This document shows positions 17,601 through 28,008 of a DNA stretch of 64,000 nt, in pieces. Position numbers and translations under genes: made by a program. Source of the stretch: a virus; IMG/VR virus record IMGVR_UViG_3300032770_000007, positions 61,828 to 125,827 of that record; one strand, written 5' to 3'. The notes below the pieces were generated by a model. The model did not search any database, had not been told where the DNA came from, and was given only the letters and a program-made list of their open reading frames with translations. The stretch's first letter is position 1, and every line of letters starts with the position of its first letter.

Positions 17601-20149
17601 GAGAAAAAATCCTCTAAACTATCTGTTTCTTCTAACTGCCAACCAATAGCATCCAAAATAATCATCAAAGGTTGAATGAATGTCTTATTGAATTGGGCTT
17701 CATAATCAATATATTTCTCTAATCCAAATTCATCTGGAATTTGGTCTAAGAAAGCAATCACCTTGGATTGAAATGGATTGGGCTCTTTCAATAAGATATA
17801 TTTGATCTTATCTCTTGCCTTGATCAACTCATATTTCTTATCCAAACCAAAATATTGAATATAGTGATTGAAAACCAATGCACCTTTCACATGGATAGGA
17901 GTGCCTGTTCTATATATAGTCTTTTTGTCTGTATAGTCATCCAACAAGTCACTCATTCCAGTAGGTGAGGCTATCTTAATCATGGGCTGTATTTTGAATT
18001 CTTTTCTAAAACTTTCAACAAAGGTTATGAGTTTGACTTTGTCTTTGTGAGATAGAATAAAACTCACAGCCTCTTTCAACTTATCTCTACAAAATTTTGG
18101 TCTATCAGTTCTAACTGCAGCCCAACCAGTAATCTTGATATCTGGTTTATCATATTCAACACCTTCATTATTATAGACACTAAGAATATAGTTCTTCTTG
18201 GCGGCCCAAATGGCTTGGTCTGCTATGGCCTCTCTCTTCATGATCATTTTTTGATCATAGGCATTCACATAGGTAGCCAGGTCTATATAAGATTGATCTA
18301 TGAATGGTCTAATCTTTTGTTCACAAATTCTATCAATCGTTGCTACTATCTCTTTTGGATCTTTGTCTTCTATACCCAACTTCTTAATCAAAGGAGCCAA
18401 AGACAAATATACAGAATCAGTATCAGAAGCTAGAACATAATCTGTATTAGAAGTACCAAGAACTTTGTTAAGATATTGATTGATAGATTTCTGGATCCAA
18501 CGAATAGACAGCTGCCCAGAAAGTGTAACAGCCTCTGCTATTCTTACATCAAAGAAGCGAAAGTATTTGTTAGCAATAGAACCATAGGCACTATTCAGAG
18601 TAACCTTGAGTGCCATTTGAAGTGACTTATATCTCCCTGCAAGAGCCTTTAGCCTGACTTTCTCATTAGGGTCTGTAGTATGCTCTATTTCCTTCTTTGT
18701 TTCTATTTCTAAGTTTTTATATCTGGCTCTTTCTTTGAACATTTCCTCCATGATTTCCCCAAGAAAACCTCTCTTATCAGTTCTAAACAACTGACCATTT
18801 GGAGTCAAAGTAAGCTTCTTAGAAGTCAACCAAGAAAGATCAGGTTGTCTATTCAAAAGAGTATCTACATTGATTGGGTTTACTCTCATCCATTCTTTTA
18901 TATCTTCATCATAATCATCAGGCTGAACTAAAGTTTCTGGTGATAGATTGTACATCATTATCAAATGTGGATACAGAGAAGTCAAGTCAAAACTCACTAA
19001 CCAGTTATACCAACCAGGTCTGGGTTCTTTTACATAGGCACCTTCAATGGCCTGCCATTTAGCACCATCAGTAGAAGGAGGAACTATTATAGAACGTTCT
19101 TTAAGCTTGTTATAAATCCTAGCATCCCAAATACGACCCTGGGATAACACATCATCAATATTGACTTTGTTCATATAGGCCAGTGTCATGGCCAGATTAA
19201 CCAAACGCAATTTGTCTTCTATTCCAACAACCAACTCAACATCATTGATGTTATATTCTATGAATAGTTGATGGTTTTGAGTTCTGAGCTGATGGAGATC
19301 CTTGTAACCCAAAGAACGATAATCAACCTTATGCTTCCCTAGCTCTACTGTTGCTATGTTCTCCAACATATAAGATTCTTGATTGGGTTGAGGAGCATAT
19401 TTCTTATACAAAGCAATATAATCTAAAGAGTTTATGCCTTGGAGAGTATATGTTTGAAACTCTCTATTACCCAATCTTTGAGACCAAGTATTAATGTTAT
19501 TCCAGGGAGATAGTTTTGCTGCTGTAGCTGCTCCTAATAGTTTTGTAATCCTATTAACCAAATATGGAATATCAAAGATTTCAGTATTCCAACCAGTCAG
19601 AACATCAGGACAACAGCCATTCCAAAGAGCCAGAAATTTCTGAATAAGGTCTATTTCATCCTTACATTGAAAGTATTTGATATCATTCCTCTTTGAAACA
19701 AAAGGTTCATAACCAAATACAAAGTAAGTATCCATCAAATGAACTGTAATGGCTGTGATCTGTTGATCTGCCTTTTCAGGCATAGGGAAACCATTAGAAC
19801 TATCTACTTCAATATCAATGATGCCTGTTGTTATTTTGCTAGCATCAAAGTCAATAATGCCTGGAAAATTGTCTGCTATGAAAGCATATTGCCAGCGCTG
19901 ATTACCATAGATTTTGAAGTTAGAAACACCTTCATATTGTTTTACAAATGCTCTAGCATCCCAAATGGTCTGGAACTGTTTCTCTTCAAGATTGAAACCT
20001 TCTAAAGAAGTCCATTTGGTAAGCCTGTTTGTATTTACATACAACTTAGGCTTGTAAGTTATCTTCTTCTTGACTTTTTGGCCATCCTGAATTCCCCGAT
20101 ACAGAATATCCTTGCCATCCAAGACAACTGAAGTGTAAAAATCAGACAT
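17597..20149 (-). CDS. gp43: family B DNA polymerase
   Basis: DIEV exo I, SFDLTSLYPH, KVTLNSAYG, SDTDS, KKNY; C-terminal clamp-binding LEDFF. Confidence 0.98.
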   Translation of the reverse strand: MSDFYTSVVLDGKDILYRGIQDGQKVKKKITYKPKLYVNTNRLTKWTSLEGFNLEEKQFQTIWDARAFVKQYEGVSNFKIYGNQRWQYAFIADNFPGIIDFDASKITTGIIDIEVDSSNGFPMPEKADQQITAITVHLMDTYFVFGYEPFVSKRNDIKYFQCKDEIDLIQKFLALWNGCCPDVLTGWNTEIFDIPYLVNRITKLLGAATAAKLSPWNNINTWSQRLGNREFQTYTLQGINSLDYIALYKKYAPQPNQESYMLENIATVELGKHKVDYRSLGYKDLHQLRTQNHQLFIEYNINDVELVVGIEDKLRLVNLAMTLAYMNKVNIDDVLSQGRIWDARIYNKLKERSIIVPPSTDGAKWQAIEGAYVKEPRPGWYNWLVSFDLTSLYPHLIMMYNLSPETLVQPDDYDEDIKEWMRVNPINVDTLLNRQPDLSWLTSKKLTLTPNGQLFRTDKRGFLGEIMEEMFKERARYKNLEIETKKEIEHTTDPNEKVRLKALAGRYKSLQMALKVTLNSAYGSIANKYFRFFDVRIAEAVTLSGQLSIRWIQKSINQYLNKVLGTSNTDYVLASDTDSVYLSLAPLIKKLGIEDKDPKEIVATIDRICEQKIRPFIDQSYIDLATYVNAYDQKMIMKREAIADQAIWAAKKNYILSVYNNEGVEYDKPDIKITGWAAVRTDRPKFCRDKLKEAVSFILSHKDKVKLITFVESFRKEFKIQPMIKIASPTGMSDLLDDYTDKKTIYRTGTPIHVKGALVFNHYIQYFGLDKKYELIKARDKIKYILLKEPNPFQSKVIAFLDQIPDEFGLEKYIDYEAQFNKTFIQPLMIILDAIGWQLEETDSLEDFFS

Positions 20150-20152
20150 TCT

Positions 20153-20467
20153 TTAACCAGTAATAAGTTGCTTGCTTGGTGTTACTAGATTGCTTGTTTG
20201 TTGTTTGTAAACAGAGGTGAGTTGTTCTGTTGGTCTGGCATAATAAACGATATGAGTTCTTTGAAACTCTTTCATTTTTCCAGACAAGGGATTATAGGGT
20301 AACAAACCATATCCAATCCTCTTGGTATCTTGATCTAACTGATAAACAATAGTAAGGATATTATCTAAATGAATTTCTTTATCATTTATTAATTTTACAA
20401 GTCCAATAAGTTCTTCACCTGTAATCAATTTGATTACGGCAACATCATCAATTTTAAATTCTATCAT
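20153..20467 (-). CDS. conserved small protein (Sm-like fold, KLITGEELIG)
   Basis: Motif and position upstream of gp43 as in cyanophage-like T4s. Confidence 0.6.
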   Translation of the reverse strand: MIEFKIDDVAVIKLITGEELIGLVKLINDKEIHLDNILTIVYQLDQDTKRIGYGLLPYNPLSGKMKEFQRTHIVYYARPTEQLTSVYKQQTSNLVTPSKQLITG

Positions 20468-20697
20468 ATAACCTCATTATTTGCTGTGAGTGCTTCCTGC
20501 GTCGCATCATCCACTACTTCACCAGATCCAAATTTGGCTCTCATCTTTTTATTTCTAACTTCAATCTCATTGCAATGAGCAGAAATAAATATCCGTCTAA
20601 TCTCGCCATCTCTATGAGGATCACCAGTACTAGATAGTGATAACATTCTCTTAAATCTACGAGGCAACTTTGCCTGGTAGTCTGATCTATTCGCCAT
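20464..20697 (-). CDS. hypothetical protein
   Basis: Basic 77-aa ORF in operon. Confidence 0.6.
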   Translation of the reverse strand: MANRSDYQAKLPRRFKRMLSLSSTGDPHRDGEIRRIFISAHCNEIEVRNKKMRAKFGSGEVVDDATQEALTANNEVI

Positions 20698-21430
20698 TTA
20701 CTTTCACCAAATCCTTACCCATAGTCAATACTTCTTCACATTTTGTTTTGAACCGATCAAACTGACCTTCATGGAAACTCTGGAACATATGCCACACCAT
20801 ATCTTCTCCACCAACAGGAAACCCATAGGTCGTGCCAATTCCATAATGATATTCTGGTTGTTCATCCTTCAATGGCCAATAAGGCCTGGTATCAGTTTCC
20901 CAGGCCATCCGAAATGGAGGAGCATCAAAACGTTTTGGCATTATTAATGCTACTGGCACACCAGCTTCTTCTGCTTTAAATGTCCATTCTTCTGCTACAT
21001 CCCCCCTGGCTGTGGGTCTGGCTGATGGCTTGCCAATCTTGAGAAAAGTATCTATTGACAATGCTACAGCAGGAGATCCAGCATATATGTGCTGATTGTT
21101 CTGTATATGATTGGATCTCTGAGCATTACCAACTATATTACCTTGTTTTGCTGTAAGAATATACTCATCCATTGCAGCAGGATGTAGAGGGATACAGTCT
21201 ATATCCATGAACATTACCACATCAGGAGAACCAAGCTTTTGTGTAATATCATTCTTAGGATCAATACAAGCATTCATCACAAAATCCATGGAGCTTCCAT
21301 GATCTGATTGTGTCTGAATATAAAAGAACTTGTAATTTTTCTGATTGAATTTTTGATTTACTTTAGCATGAAGTTCCAACATTTCTCTGGGTATGTTGGA
21401 CATATAAAATGCGATAATTGCTGCGTTCAT
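20687..21430 (-). CDS. glycosyltransferase-like protein (GT-A)
   Basis: VMFMDIDCIP DxD motif, GDVAEE, late His (VWHMFQ). Confidence 0.65.
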   Translation of the reverse strand: MNAAIIAFYMSNIPREMLELHAKVNQKFNQKNYKFFYIQTQSDHGSSMDFVMNACIDPKNDITQKLGSPDVVMFMDIDCIPLHPAAMDEYILTAKQGNIVGNAQRSNHIQNNQHIYAGSPAVALSIDTFLKIGKPSARPTARGDVAEEWTFKAEEAGVPVALIMPKRFDAPPFRMAWETDTRPYWPLKDEQPEYHYGIGTTYGFPVGGEDMVWHMFQSFHEGQFDRFKTKCEEVLTMGKDLVKVNGE

Positions 21431-21978
21431 ATATTTTTCCGTTTTGGTTTCTTCATAGATTGTTTTACGATACTAGATCGACCACGTTCATAACCACCAC
21501 AAGGGATTTCACCTTTCTTTATTCTGATTTCTTCTACACCATTCGTTATCCACATAGTATCATAATGCGGATGTTCACCTGGTTTATAAGTCTTACCAAA
21601 CATAGGATTATTTTTACCAGAAAAATCTGCATGATATTTCTTCAAATTTTCTCTATGATCCAAAGACTTGGGTTTACGCATCTTCTGTTTAGTTGCGGCA
21701 GATTTCTTTATACCAGTTGTTGATTTTGAAATCTTTCTTTTTATTTCATCTGACATAGGATGACTATTAGCTATTTTAGCGGCCAAGATTATAGCTTCAG
21801 CACGTCCTATTTGACCACTCAATGTTTTCCAAGCAATCCAATCTTTGGCATCCTTCATTATAATAGCGCGATTTCTATGAGCTAATGCGTGTTGAATGAT
21901 AGTTAGTGGATAAAGATTTTCTTTATCATTTGTGCCACCCGCATGCTTGGGTATAATATGATGATTATGTAATATCAT
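21427..21978 (-). CDS. HNH homing endonuclease
   Basis: HNHHIIPKHAGGTNDKENL..HALAH; NUMOD3-like MSDEIKRKIS; KNNPMFGK; WITNG tail. Confidence 0.85.
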   Translation of the reverse strand: MILHNHHIIPKHAGGTNDKENLYPLTIIQHALAHRNRAIIMKDAKDWIAWKTLSGQIGRAEAIILAAKIANSHPMSDEIKRKISKSTTGIKKSAATKQKMRKPKSLDHRENLKKYHADFSGKNNPMFGKTYKPGEHPHYDTMWITNGVEEIRIKKGEIPCGGYERGRSSIVKQSMKKPKRKNI

Positions 21979-22605
21979 TTACAGCGGTTTTATCCATACA
22001 AATTTTTCACCTTTTTTCATATAACCAGGAACCATTTCTGCTGCAGCAGTAGCAACAGGACCATAGTTGATATCATCACCTATTAGAACACCACCTGGTC
22101 TCAAAATGGGTAACCAGTTCTTTAGATCCAATTTAACTGATTCATAATCATGAGCAGCATCAATATAAATGATGTCTGCTAGAATCTGTGCTCTTTTTAT
22201 AACTACAGCAGCATTTATTGAATCAATAGGGAAAGGAGTAATAATGTTCTGTAAACCAGTCTGAATAATATTAGAAAGAAACTGCCTATAAACATTTGGT
22301 CTTCCATTTTCAAAAATAACCATGGGAGCTGCCCCACCACGCCAATGCTCTTCTGAACCCAAGAAGGTATCAACACAAACTACTTCTACATTAGGATTTT
22401 GCATTATAGCCAGGTTAGCCATGTGACGAGCACTTGCGCCCATCCAGGTGCCAACTTCTATAATAAGTTCTGGTTTTATAATGTTGATATATTCAGCAAA
22501 AACTACAGAATGTGATGCCCAACCATGAGCATTCAATGGCAAAATAGGTTCAGGATTTAGATATGGATCATGCGTCCCAAATAGATACTGTCTTACTTTA
22601 CCCAA
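21979..22605 (-). CDS. class I SAM-dependent methyltransferase (Methyltransf_24-like)
   Basis: IIEVGTWMGAS, CVDTF, IYIDAAHDY, LRPGGVLIGDD. Confidence 0.9.
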   Translation of the reverse strand: MGKVRQYLFGTHDPYLNPEPILPLNAHGWASHSVVFAEYINIIKPELIIEVGTWMGASARHMANLAIMQNPNVEVVCVDTFLGSEEHWRGGAAPMVIFENGRPNVYRQFLSNIIQTGLQNIITPFPIDSINAAVVIKRAQILADIIYIDAAHDYESVKLDLKNWLPILRPGGVLIGDDINYGPVATAAAEMVPGYMKKGEKFVWIKPL

Positions 22606-23327
22606 GGGAGTTTTCCATTATATTTTTGTAGCATAGCTTCATTACCTCTAGAGAAGAAATCTGCTTTGACAGATAGAGCAGAGTTTCCCACAGTATAATT
22701 CACTGTGTATTTATGGCTGCTATGACATTGGGATCCAACTTTATCTAAACCATATTTCATTGCTCTATCTACTTCCATTTGGCCAGGTTCTCTAAACTTG
22801 CGATGCATTAGAGGAGTGATAGCCAAAGCAAGAACCTTTGGTAAGAAATAACAATTCATATCTACAAAATAGTCATTAGGGTTTAGAATAGAAGGCCATT
22901 CACCCAGACTCTCACAGTTATCCTGACATAGAAAAGTTCCAGATTGATCTATTATATTTCTAAATGAATAAACCCAATGCATTCCCCATGGAAACTCTTT
23001 CAATCTATCAAAACAAGATTGAATGTGATCTGGTGTGAAAGTGTTATCATCATCCAAAAAACAAACAATATCACCTTTGGCCAAATATACACCAGCCGCC
23101 AGATTGCGATGACCATTATATCTATCTTTACCAGTAGAATAGGGTAAAGCCACTATGCTGATTTCCTTTGGTTGATCTGGTAAAGCAGCAAGAACCATGT
23201 TATGATATGGTGACCCATCAACAACCAACAAATGCTGAATATCTGAATAAGTTTGATTTTGTACAGATTGAAGACAGTTTTTCAACAGAGGACTACCCAC
23301 TGTTGATGTAATCACAGTTACTTTCAT
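22593..23327 (-). CDS. GT2-family glycosyltransferase
   Basis: VTVITST, SVQNQTY, VVDG, FLDDDN. Confidence 0.9.
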   Translation of the reverse strand: MKVTVITSTVGSPLLKNCLQSVQNQTYSDIQHLLVVDGSPYHNMVLAALPDQPKEISIVALPYSTGKDRYNGHRNLAAGVYLAKGDIVCFLDDDNTFTPDHIQSCFDRLKEFPWGMHWVYSFRNIIDQSGTFLCQDNCESLGEWPSILNPNDYFVDMNCYFLPKVLALAITPLMHRKFREPGQMEVDRAMKYGLDKVGSQCHSSHKYTVNYTVGNSALSVKADFFSRGNEAMLQKYNGKLPWVK

Positions 23328-23328
23328 A

Positions 23329-23424
23329 TTACTTCTTCTTATTCTTCCAACGTTTCAATCTCTTCTTACTACCTATTTTAGCACGACCCTTACCACGTCT
23401 ATTCAACCCCACACCACTACCCAT
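23329..23424 (-). CDS. 31-aa highly basic peptide (not in ORF track)
   Basis: MGSGVGLNRRGKGRAKIGSKKRLKRWKNKKK; strong SD GAGGAG; fills the intergenic gap exactly. Confidence 0.7.
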   Translation of the reverse strand: MGSGVGLNRRGKGRAKIGSKKRLKRWKNKKK

Positions 23425-23434
23425 TTATTTCTCC

Positions 23435-23737
23435 TCACCCAATACGATAATATTTTGTATTTCCTGAAAATATAGTATTGCCTGAATATGATATTGTAAC
23501 AGAAGCAACCTTTTCATAGTTTTGATCCCAATAATAAGCAGTTAGTGGTTCCTTTATCAATAACTCACCACCAGATACCATGCCCAATTGTGGTATACCT
23601 GCATCATATCCTATTTTGATAGAATATGGTTCACAGGTATACTTTAGTCCTTTTTCAGTAAGTTCTGTAATGGTAAGTATTCTATTAGAATGCTTTTCTA
23701 GAAACTTATCACCAACTTTTACATTATCAAAAATCAT
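23435..23737 (-). CDS. hypothetical protein
   Basis: ORF in operon. Confidence 0.6.
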   Translation of the reverse strand: MIFDNVKVGDKFLEKHSNRILTITELTEKGLKYTCEPYSIKIGYDAGIPQLGMVSGGELLIKEPLTAYYWDQNYEKVASVTISYSGNTIFSGNTKYYRIG

Positions 23738-24510
23738 AAAGTTGTTTTACTTTCTGTATTTGATGTTCCTTTGATTGATGTATTTGACATTCCAGCAATC
23801 ATTTCACGGTCTTCTGCTGTAAAGTTCAATGCACCAGCAGTAGCAATTGCGCCCCTAGCAGAACGATACATTTTCACCTTTTCACCCAAAGTGGTATAGG
23901 TGCCACCAACAGAAGCAGCATCACAAGTATATTGGGCTGATGAGTTAAAATTAAATCCCATAGCAACACCTTCAGCAATAGCATCCATGTTAGCACCCAG
24001 GAACAAAAATCCCCAAGAATAAACACTCTGTTGATGCTTTATCATTTCTTGGATTTTGGCCTTAGTAAATCTTGTAGAAGCATTCTCTTGACCATCAGTA
24101 ATAACCACAAAAAGAACCTTAGCTGGTCTGACAGCTTCTGGCATTTCAGCCAACTTGGCTCCAGTCTTTAAAATAGCATCACCAATACTATCAAGTAATG
24201 GGGTGCTGCCACCAGGGACAAATGTTTTATCTGATAGAGGCTCAACGACCTGAATATTACTAAAATCATTTAAAATAGTAATGGGATTGTGAATATAAGG
24301 GACCACAGGCATTGCAATCCCACTCCAGGCACCAGCTCCTGGAGTAAATTTACCTGAACTAAAATGGATCTGAGTTAGAGTTGCCTTGCCAGGTGCCTCT
24401 TGCTGCTGCTTCAAAAATGTATTGAAACCACCAATAGTATCTTCTCTAATATTAGCCATAGAGCCTGAACTGTCTAGAACGACAGTGATATGTGTATAAT
24501 CTTGGTTCAT
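23734..24510 (-). CDS. vWA-domain protein
   Basis: MIDAS DSSGS...T(PLLD)...ITDGQENAS. Confidence 0.9.
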   Translation of the reverse strand: MNQDYTHITVVLDSSGSMANIREDTIGGFNTFLKQQQEAPGKATLTQIHFSSGKFTPGAGAWSGIAMPVVPYIHNPITILNDFSNIQVVEPLSDKTFVPGGSTPLLDSIGDAILKTGAKLAEMPEAVRPAKVLFVVITDGQENASTRFTKAKIQEMIKHQQSVYSWGFLFLGANMDAIAEGVAMGFNFNSSAQYTCDAASVGGTYTTLGEKVKMYRSARGAIATAGALNFTAEDREMIAGMSNTSIKGTSNTESKTTL

Positions 24511-25313
24511 TATTCTACCTCTATTTCAAAATATTTGTTACAATCAAAGTTTGGATTTTCATTACCATAACCATGAGGATTACATAGAACTCTACATTCG
24601 CCAATCATGTAATCCATACTATCATGAGTGTGTCCATGCACCCAATACTTTATAACAGGGTTATTTATGATGAAATCTTCTAGTTGGGTATTGTGAAATG
24701 CATAGTTAATCTGATTATCTTCGCCACCCCATTTTGGATGAGAAGATTTCATTGATGGAGTATGATGCGTCATTATAATAAACTTTTCATTTGGTTCTGT
24801 AGAGTCAATACACTCCTTCAGAAAAGTTGTATGTTCTCTATTGAGCACCCAGGCATCATCTGGAGTGAAAGCTTTATCACCATTTCTAATAGCCTGATGA
24901 TCATTCATTCCCCAATGAGCTGCAGCCATAGCTTCTGAGTCACTATTATTATAATCTGTCCATAATGAACTCATTAATAACGTCCAATCTTTAGCCAATG
25001 ATATACTAAAATCATTATGAAGATTGAAGAATGGATATTCCTCAACTCTATCTAATAGATTATCAAAACTAGTTTGAATATTCCCACCATAATATTCATG
25101 ATTGCCTGGGATCATGAAAACTTGTTTGTATTTGCTAAATTCATGTTCCATGAGTTCAAAGAACTTATGAGCCTCACCACGTCTTACAAGACTATTGATG
25201 ACAACTATATCTCCAGCAAGCAATAGAACATCACCACCAGGAAGAGTAAAGTTCTTCCTTAGTCCATGTTCGCAATGGAGATCAGAAACATAACTTATTT
25301 TCATACTACGCAT
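24510..25313 (-). CDS. calcineurin-like metallophosphoesterase
   Basis: SDLH, AGD, GNHEYY, THH, HGHTH. Confidence 0.92.
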   Translation of the reverse strand: MRSMKISYVSDLHCEHGLRKNFTLPGGDVLLLAGDIVVINSLVRRGEAHKFFELMEHEFSKYKQVFMIPGNHEYYGGNIQTSFDNLLDRVEEYPFFNLHNDFSISLAKDWTLLMSSLWTDYNNSDSEAMAAAHWGMNDHQAIRNGDKAFTPDDAWVLNREHTTFLKECIDSTEPNEKFIIMTHHTPSMKSSHPKWGGEDNQINYAFHNTQLEDFIINNPVIKYWVHGHTHDSMDYMIGECRVLCNPHGYGNENPNFDCNKYFEIEVE

Positions 25314-25843
25314 GGTATATAATTTGTATTAATAGCAGCAACTGGTCTATCACCAGGGATTATCCATGGCCATGGAATAGTTGTTCTCAAAACACCAGCC
25401 TCTTTGAACATGACTCCAGCATAATTCAAATCATAATGAACGCCTTTACCTATGCCAGCAAAAGTAACATCAGGCCCAATGACTTCAATAATACCTGATT
25501 GGATGAATGCTCTGGAACAGGCTTCACAAGGAGAAGGATCCCAGTTCAAATAGGCTCTAGCTCCTCTGAGTTGAATACCTTTTCTAGCAGCATTATAGCA
25601 AGCATTTCTCTCAGCATGCTCTACCCAAGAGTATTTCTGAGGACGTTCCCAACGATCAAACTTATAGAGAGTATCACACCAATGGCCTTCAATCTCAATC
25701 ACTCCTCGAGGGAAACCATTGAAACCAATACTAAGCACAACGTTGTCTTCATCAACTATAACACAACCAACTTTGGTTGATGGGTCTTTAGATTTCTGTG
25801 CTACCATGATTGCCATCGTAATAAAATATTCATCCCAATTCAT
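25301..25843 (-). CDS. cd: dCMP deaminase
   Basis: SKDPSTKVG, GFNG, HAERNA, PCEAC. Confidence 0.92.
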   Translation of the reverse strand: MNWDEYFITMAIMVAQKSKDPSTKVGCVIVDEDNVVLSIGFNGFPRGVIEIEGHWCDTLYKFDRWERPQKYSWVEHAERNACYNAARKGIQLRGARAYLNWDPSPCEACSRAFIQSGIIEVIGPDVTFAGIGKGVHYDLNYAGVMFKEAGVLRTTIPWPWIIPGDRPVAAINTNYIPCVV

Positions 25844-26408
25844 TATTTTTCCTCATCATATCTAGATATACATCATGCTGATACCAAATCCCAGTCTTTG
25901 GATCAGGTACAAATCCCCAATCCATGTTGTGGGTTTTTCCTCTGGTAAAGAGAGTCCAGGTCTCTCCAGGATTTGGAACTTCTACCCAATGGAGATCCTG
26001 TGGCACAGTAATCTTATCAGGCATGCCATTAAGATAAGAGACCCATTTACCACCTCTAACAAATCTTGAATGCCCAGGACCACGCCAATGAGTACCCCAG
26101 GGAGTATGCTCCCAGTAACCACCTTTCAAAATGATGGAGTGATACCAAAACCATGGATGATTATGAAAGACTGGATCATCAGAACGCAAAAACCTATGCA
26201 AAAAGGTATTGAATGGAATATCTTTGCGTTCACGCTTGACACTATCGGGCCAAACTAGATAATATCTTTCTAAGTATTCTTCTACATCATCTCGATCTTT
26301 GATGATGAGTTTTCTACCTTTCTTATCTAGTTGATTTAGAGCATATTTTACAAGAGATTTCATCATACCATTATATAAAGAATATCTGTAAGAGTCAATG
26401 AATTCCAA
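25830..26408 (-). CDS. cupin-fold conserved phage protein
   Basis: YLERYY, LHRFLRSD, HNHPW, GGYWEH, HWVE, WTLF, WGF metal-binding cupin pattern. Confidence 0.7.
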   Translation of the reverse strand: MEFIDSYRYSLYNGMMKSLVKYALNQLDKKGRKLIIKDRDDVEEYLERYYLVWPDSVKRERKDIPFNTFLHRFLRSDDPVFHNHPWFWYHSIILKGGYWEHTPWGTHWRGPGHSRFVRGGKWVSYLNGMPDKITVPQDLHWVEVPNPGETWTLFTRGKTHNMDWGFVPDPKTGIWYQHDVYLDMMRKNNELG

Positions 26409-26515
26409 CTATTCTGAGTATCAACCAATACAAAAACCATAATGTAAGTGTTATCCCTGCTCCGATCCCAGCAATGAATATACACATTGCCAAGAGAAGG
26501 GACATAAATCACCCA

Positions 26516-26914
26516 TTAATTTTTGTTATTTCCGATAGAATATTTAGCCACTAGTGTCCAGTTACCCTTGTCTTTGAAAGGGATTATTTTAATCTGAGAC
26601 ATATTAATCTGTTCTTTGATGCTTTCTGGATTGACCACAGTTATCAAACCCCACTGCTGCAATAGATCACAAATCTTGTTTCTGCGAGCAATGTCATTAT
26701 CATCCAAAGAACTAGGTTTGCCATCAAGCAAAAACATTTCTTTGAAATGTACGAGATAGTAATTGCCTCTTTTATGGAGTATATGACAAGATTGATATAG
26801 AGTATTGGCTTGTTTATTTGCCACACCTATTCTTGTCAATGTTTCTCGAACTTTGAGGAAGTCATCATCATTAGCCAACTTTATTTCTACACCCACATCC
26901 ATGACAGTCTCCAA
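26516..26914 (-). CDS. regA: translational repressor RegA
   Basis: DDFLKVRETLTRIG, LYQSCHILHKRG.YY.VHFKE. Confidence 0.97.
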   Translation of the reverse strand: METVMDVGVEIKLANDDDFLKVRETLTRIGVANKQANTLYQSCHILHKRGNYYLVHFKEMFLLDGKPSSLDDNDIARRNKICDLLQQWGLITVVNPESIKEQINMSQIKIIPFKDKGNWTLVAKYSIGNNKN

Positions 26915-26946
26915 TCTTATTGTTAGTCACTGTCATATTTATGGTA

Positions 26947-27327
26947 TTACAAATCCTGATATAACTTCCTGATGGAACTAAGTTGTTCTTCAGTAAGGAT
27001 ATTCAATGCCTGGAGAGCCTTGGTTTGAGAATAACCAAAATGCCTCATGACTAGTTTGATATCTTCATTATTCTGTTTCTTTGGCCAAGGTACAAAGTTT
27101 CTCTTGCGCGCTCGAATAGACTTCAAAAGATACTCATACTGAGCCTTCTTAGGCAAATGATAGAGCCCATTCATTTCATTAGCAAAGAATAAACAATCCT
27201 GATGAAGTGATAGGGCTCTATTGACCATGAAAGCATTATAGTCTTTCTCATCCAATTCATCTCGAATGAGATATTTCTTGGTTTCCATTATAGAAGGAAG
27301 CCATTCCTTGAAGAGATCAATTGCCAT
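26947..27327 (-). CDS. gp62: clamp loader small subunit
   Basis: YNAFMVNRALS..DC..ANEMN..QYEY; position between gp44 and regA. Confidence 0.93.
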   Translation of the reverse strand: MAIDLFKEWLPSIMETKKYLIRDELDEKDYNAFMVNRALSLHQDCLFFANEMNGLYHLPKKAQYEYLLKSIRARKRNFVPWPKKQNNEDIKLVMRHFGYSQTKALQALNILTEEQLSSIRKLYQDL

Positions 27328-27425
27328 TTTATTTGAAAATATAGATTATGGATGTGCAACTAGCCATCCCCAAAAACATCAATGTGAGACAAATCCAGGC
27401 TACTATTTGAACTCGTTCACTCATA

Positions 27426-27617
27426 TTATCTCTTTGGTAATGGAGTTACTGTGAGTTTATCATAGGTCTCCATAATCTTCTCAAGTTCTTCATGAGTTAG
27501 ATTACTAACAGAAGCGATTTCTGTAATAGACCAGGCTCTGATTTCTATGTTCCAGTTGATAAACACAGACCAGGTTCCATCATCATTCATTTCTAGTTTG
27601 ACTTTTCTCATAATCAA
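27426..27617 (-). CDS. hypothetical protein
   Basis: Small ORF in operon. Confidence 0.5.
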   Translation of the reverse strand: MIMRKVKLEMNDDGTWSVFINWNIEIRAWSITEIASVSNLTHEELEKIMETYDKLTVTPLPKR

Positions 27618-27789
27618 TCCTTATTGCGATTACCTTCTTTCACCATCATAAAAATGAAAAAAGAAAATACACCAATCATACACAATATTTGTACTACAAC
27701 TGGAGGTAAAAACATTATGGCTAATGCGGATAATCCCAGTGCAACCCACAATATGAGAATCCCTATCAAACCTGCTTTAGTCGATGTTT

Positions 27790-28008
27790 TCATGGTGTAT
27801 TACAGTTTGCTGTTGTTTCAGTCACGGTAACAGTATCATTCAATGTTCTGTCTACCTGATCCTGAAGCTCATTCATTTCATCTTCAGTCAGATTAACTGT
27901 TTCTAAAATAGAAGTCAGCCATTTGGCTGTATATTGTTTATCTCCAACAATCAATATTGTTGGCGTGTTATTTATTACGTCTGGAGGAGTGTATATAATC
28001 TTTCTCAT
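27790..28008 (-). CDS. hypothetical protein
   Basis: Small ORF; shares an NLTxEE-like segment with 27426..27617. Confidence 0.5.
   Translation of the reverse strand: MRKIIYTPPDVINNTPTILIVGDKQYTAKWLTSILETVNLTEDEMNELQDQVDRTLNDTVTVTETTANCNTP

Noticed and set aside
14270-20149. Inteins or introns in gp41, uvsX or gp43
   Set aside because: Lengths and motif spacing are normal; no splice motifs seen
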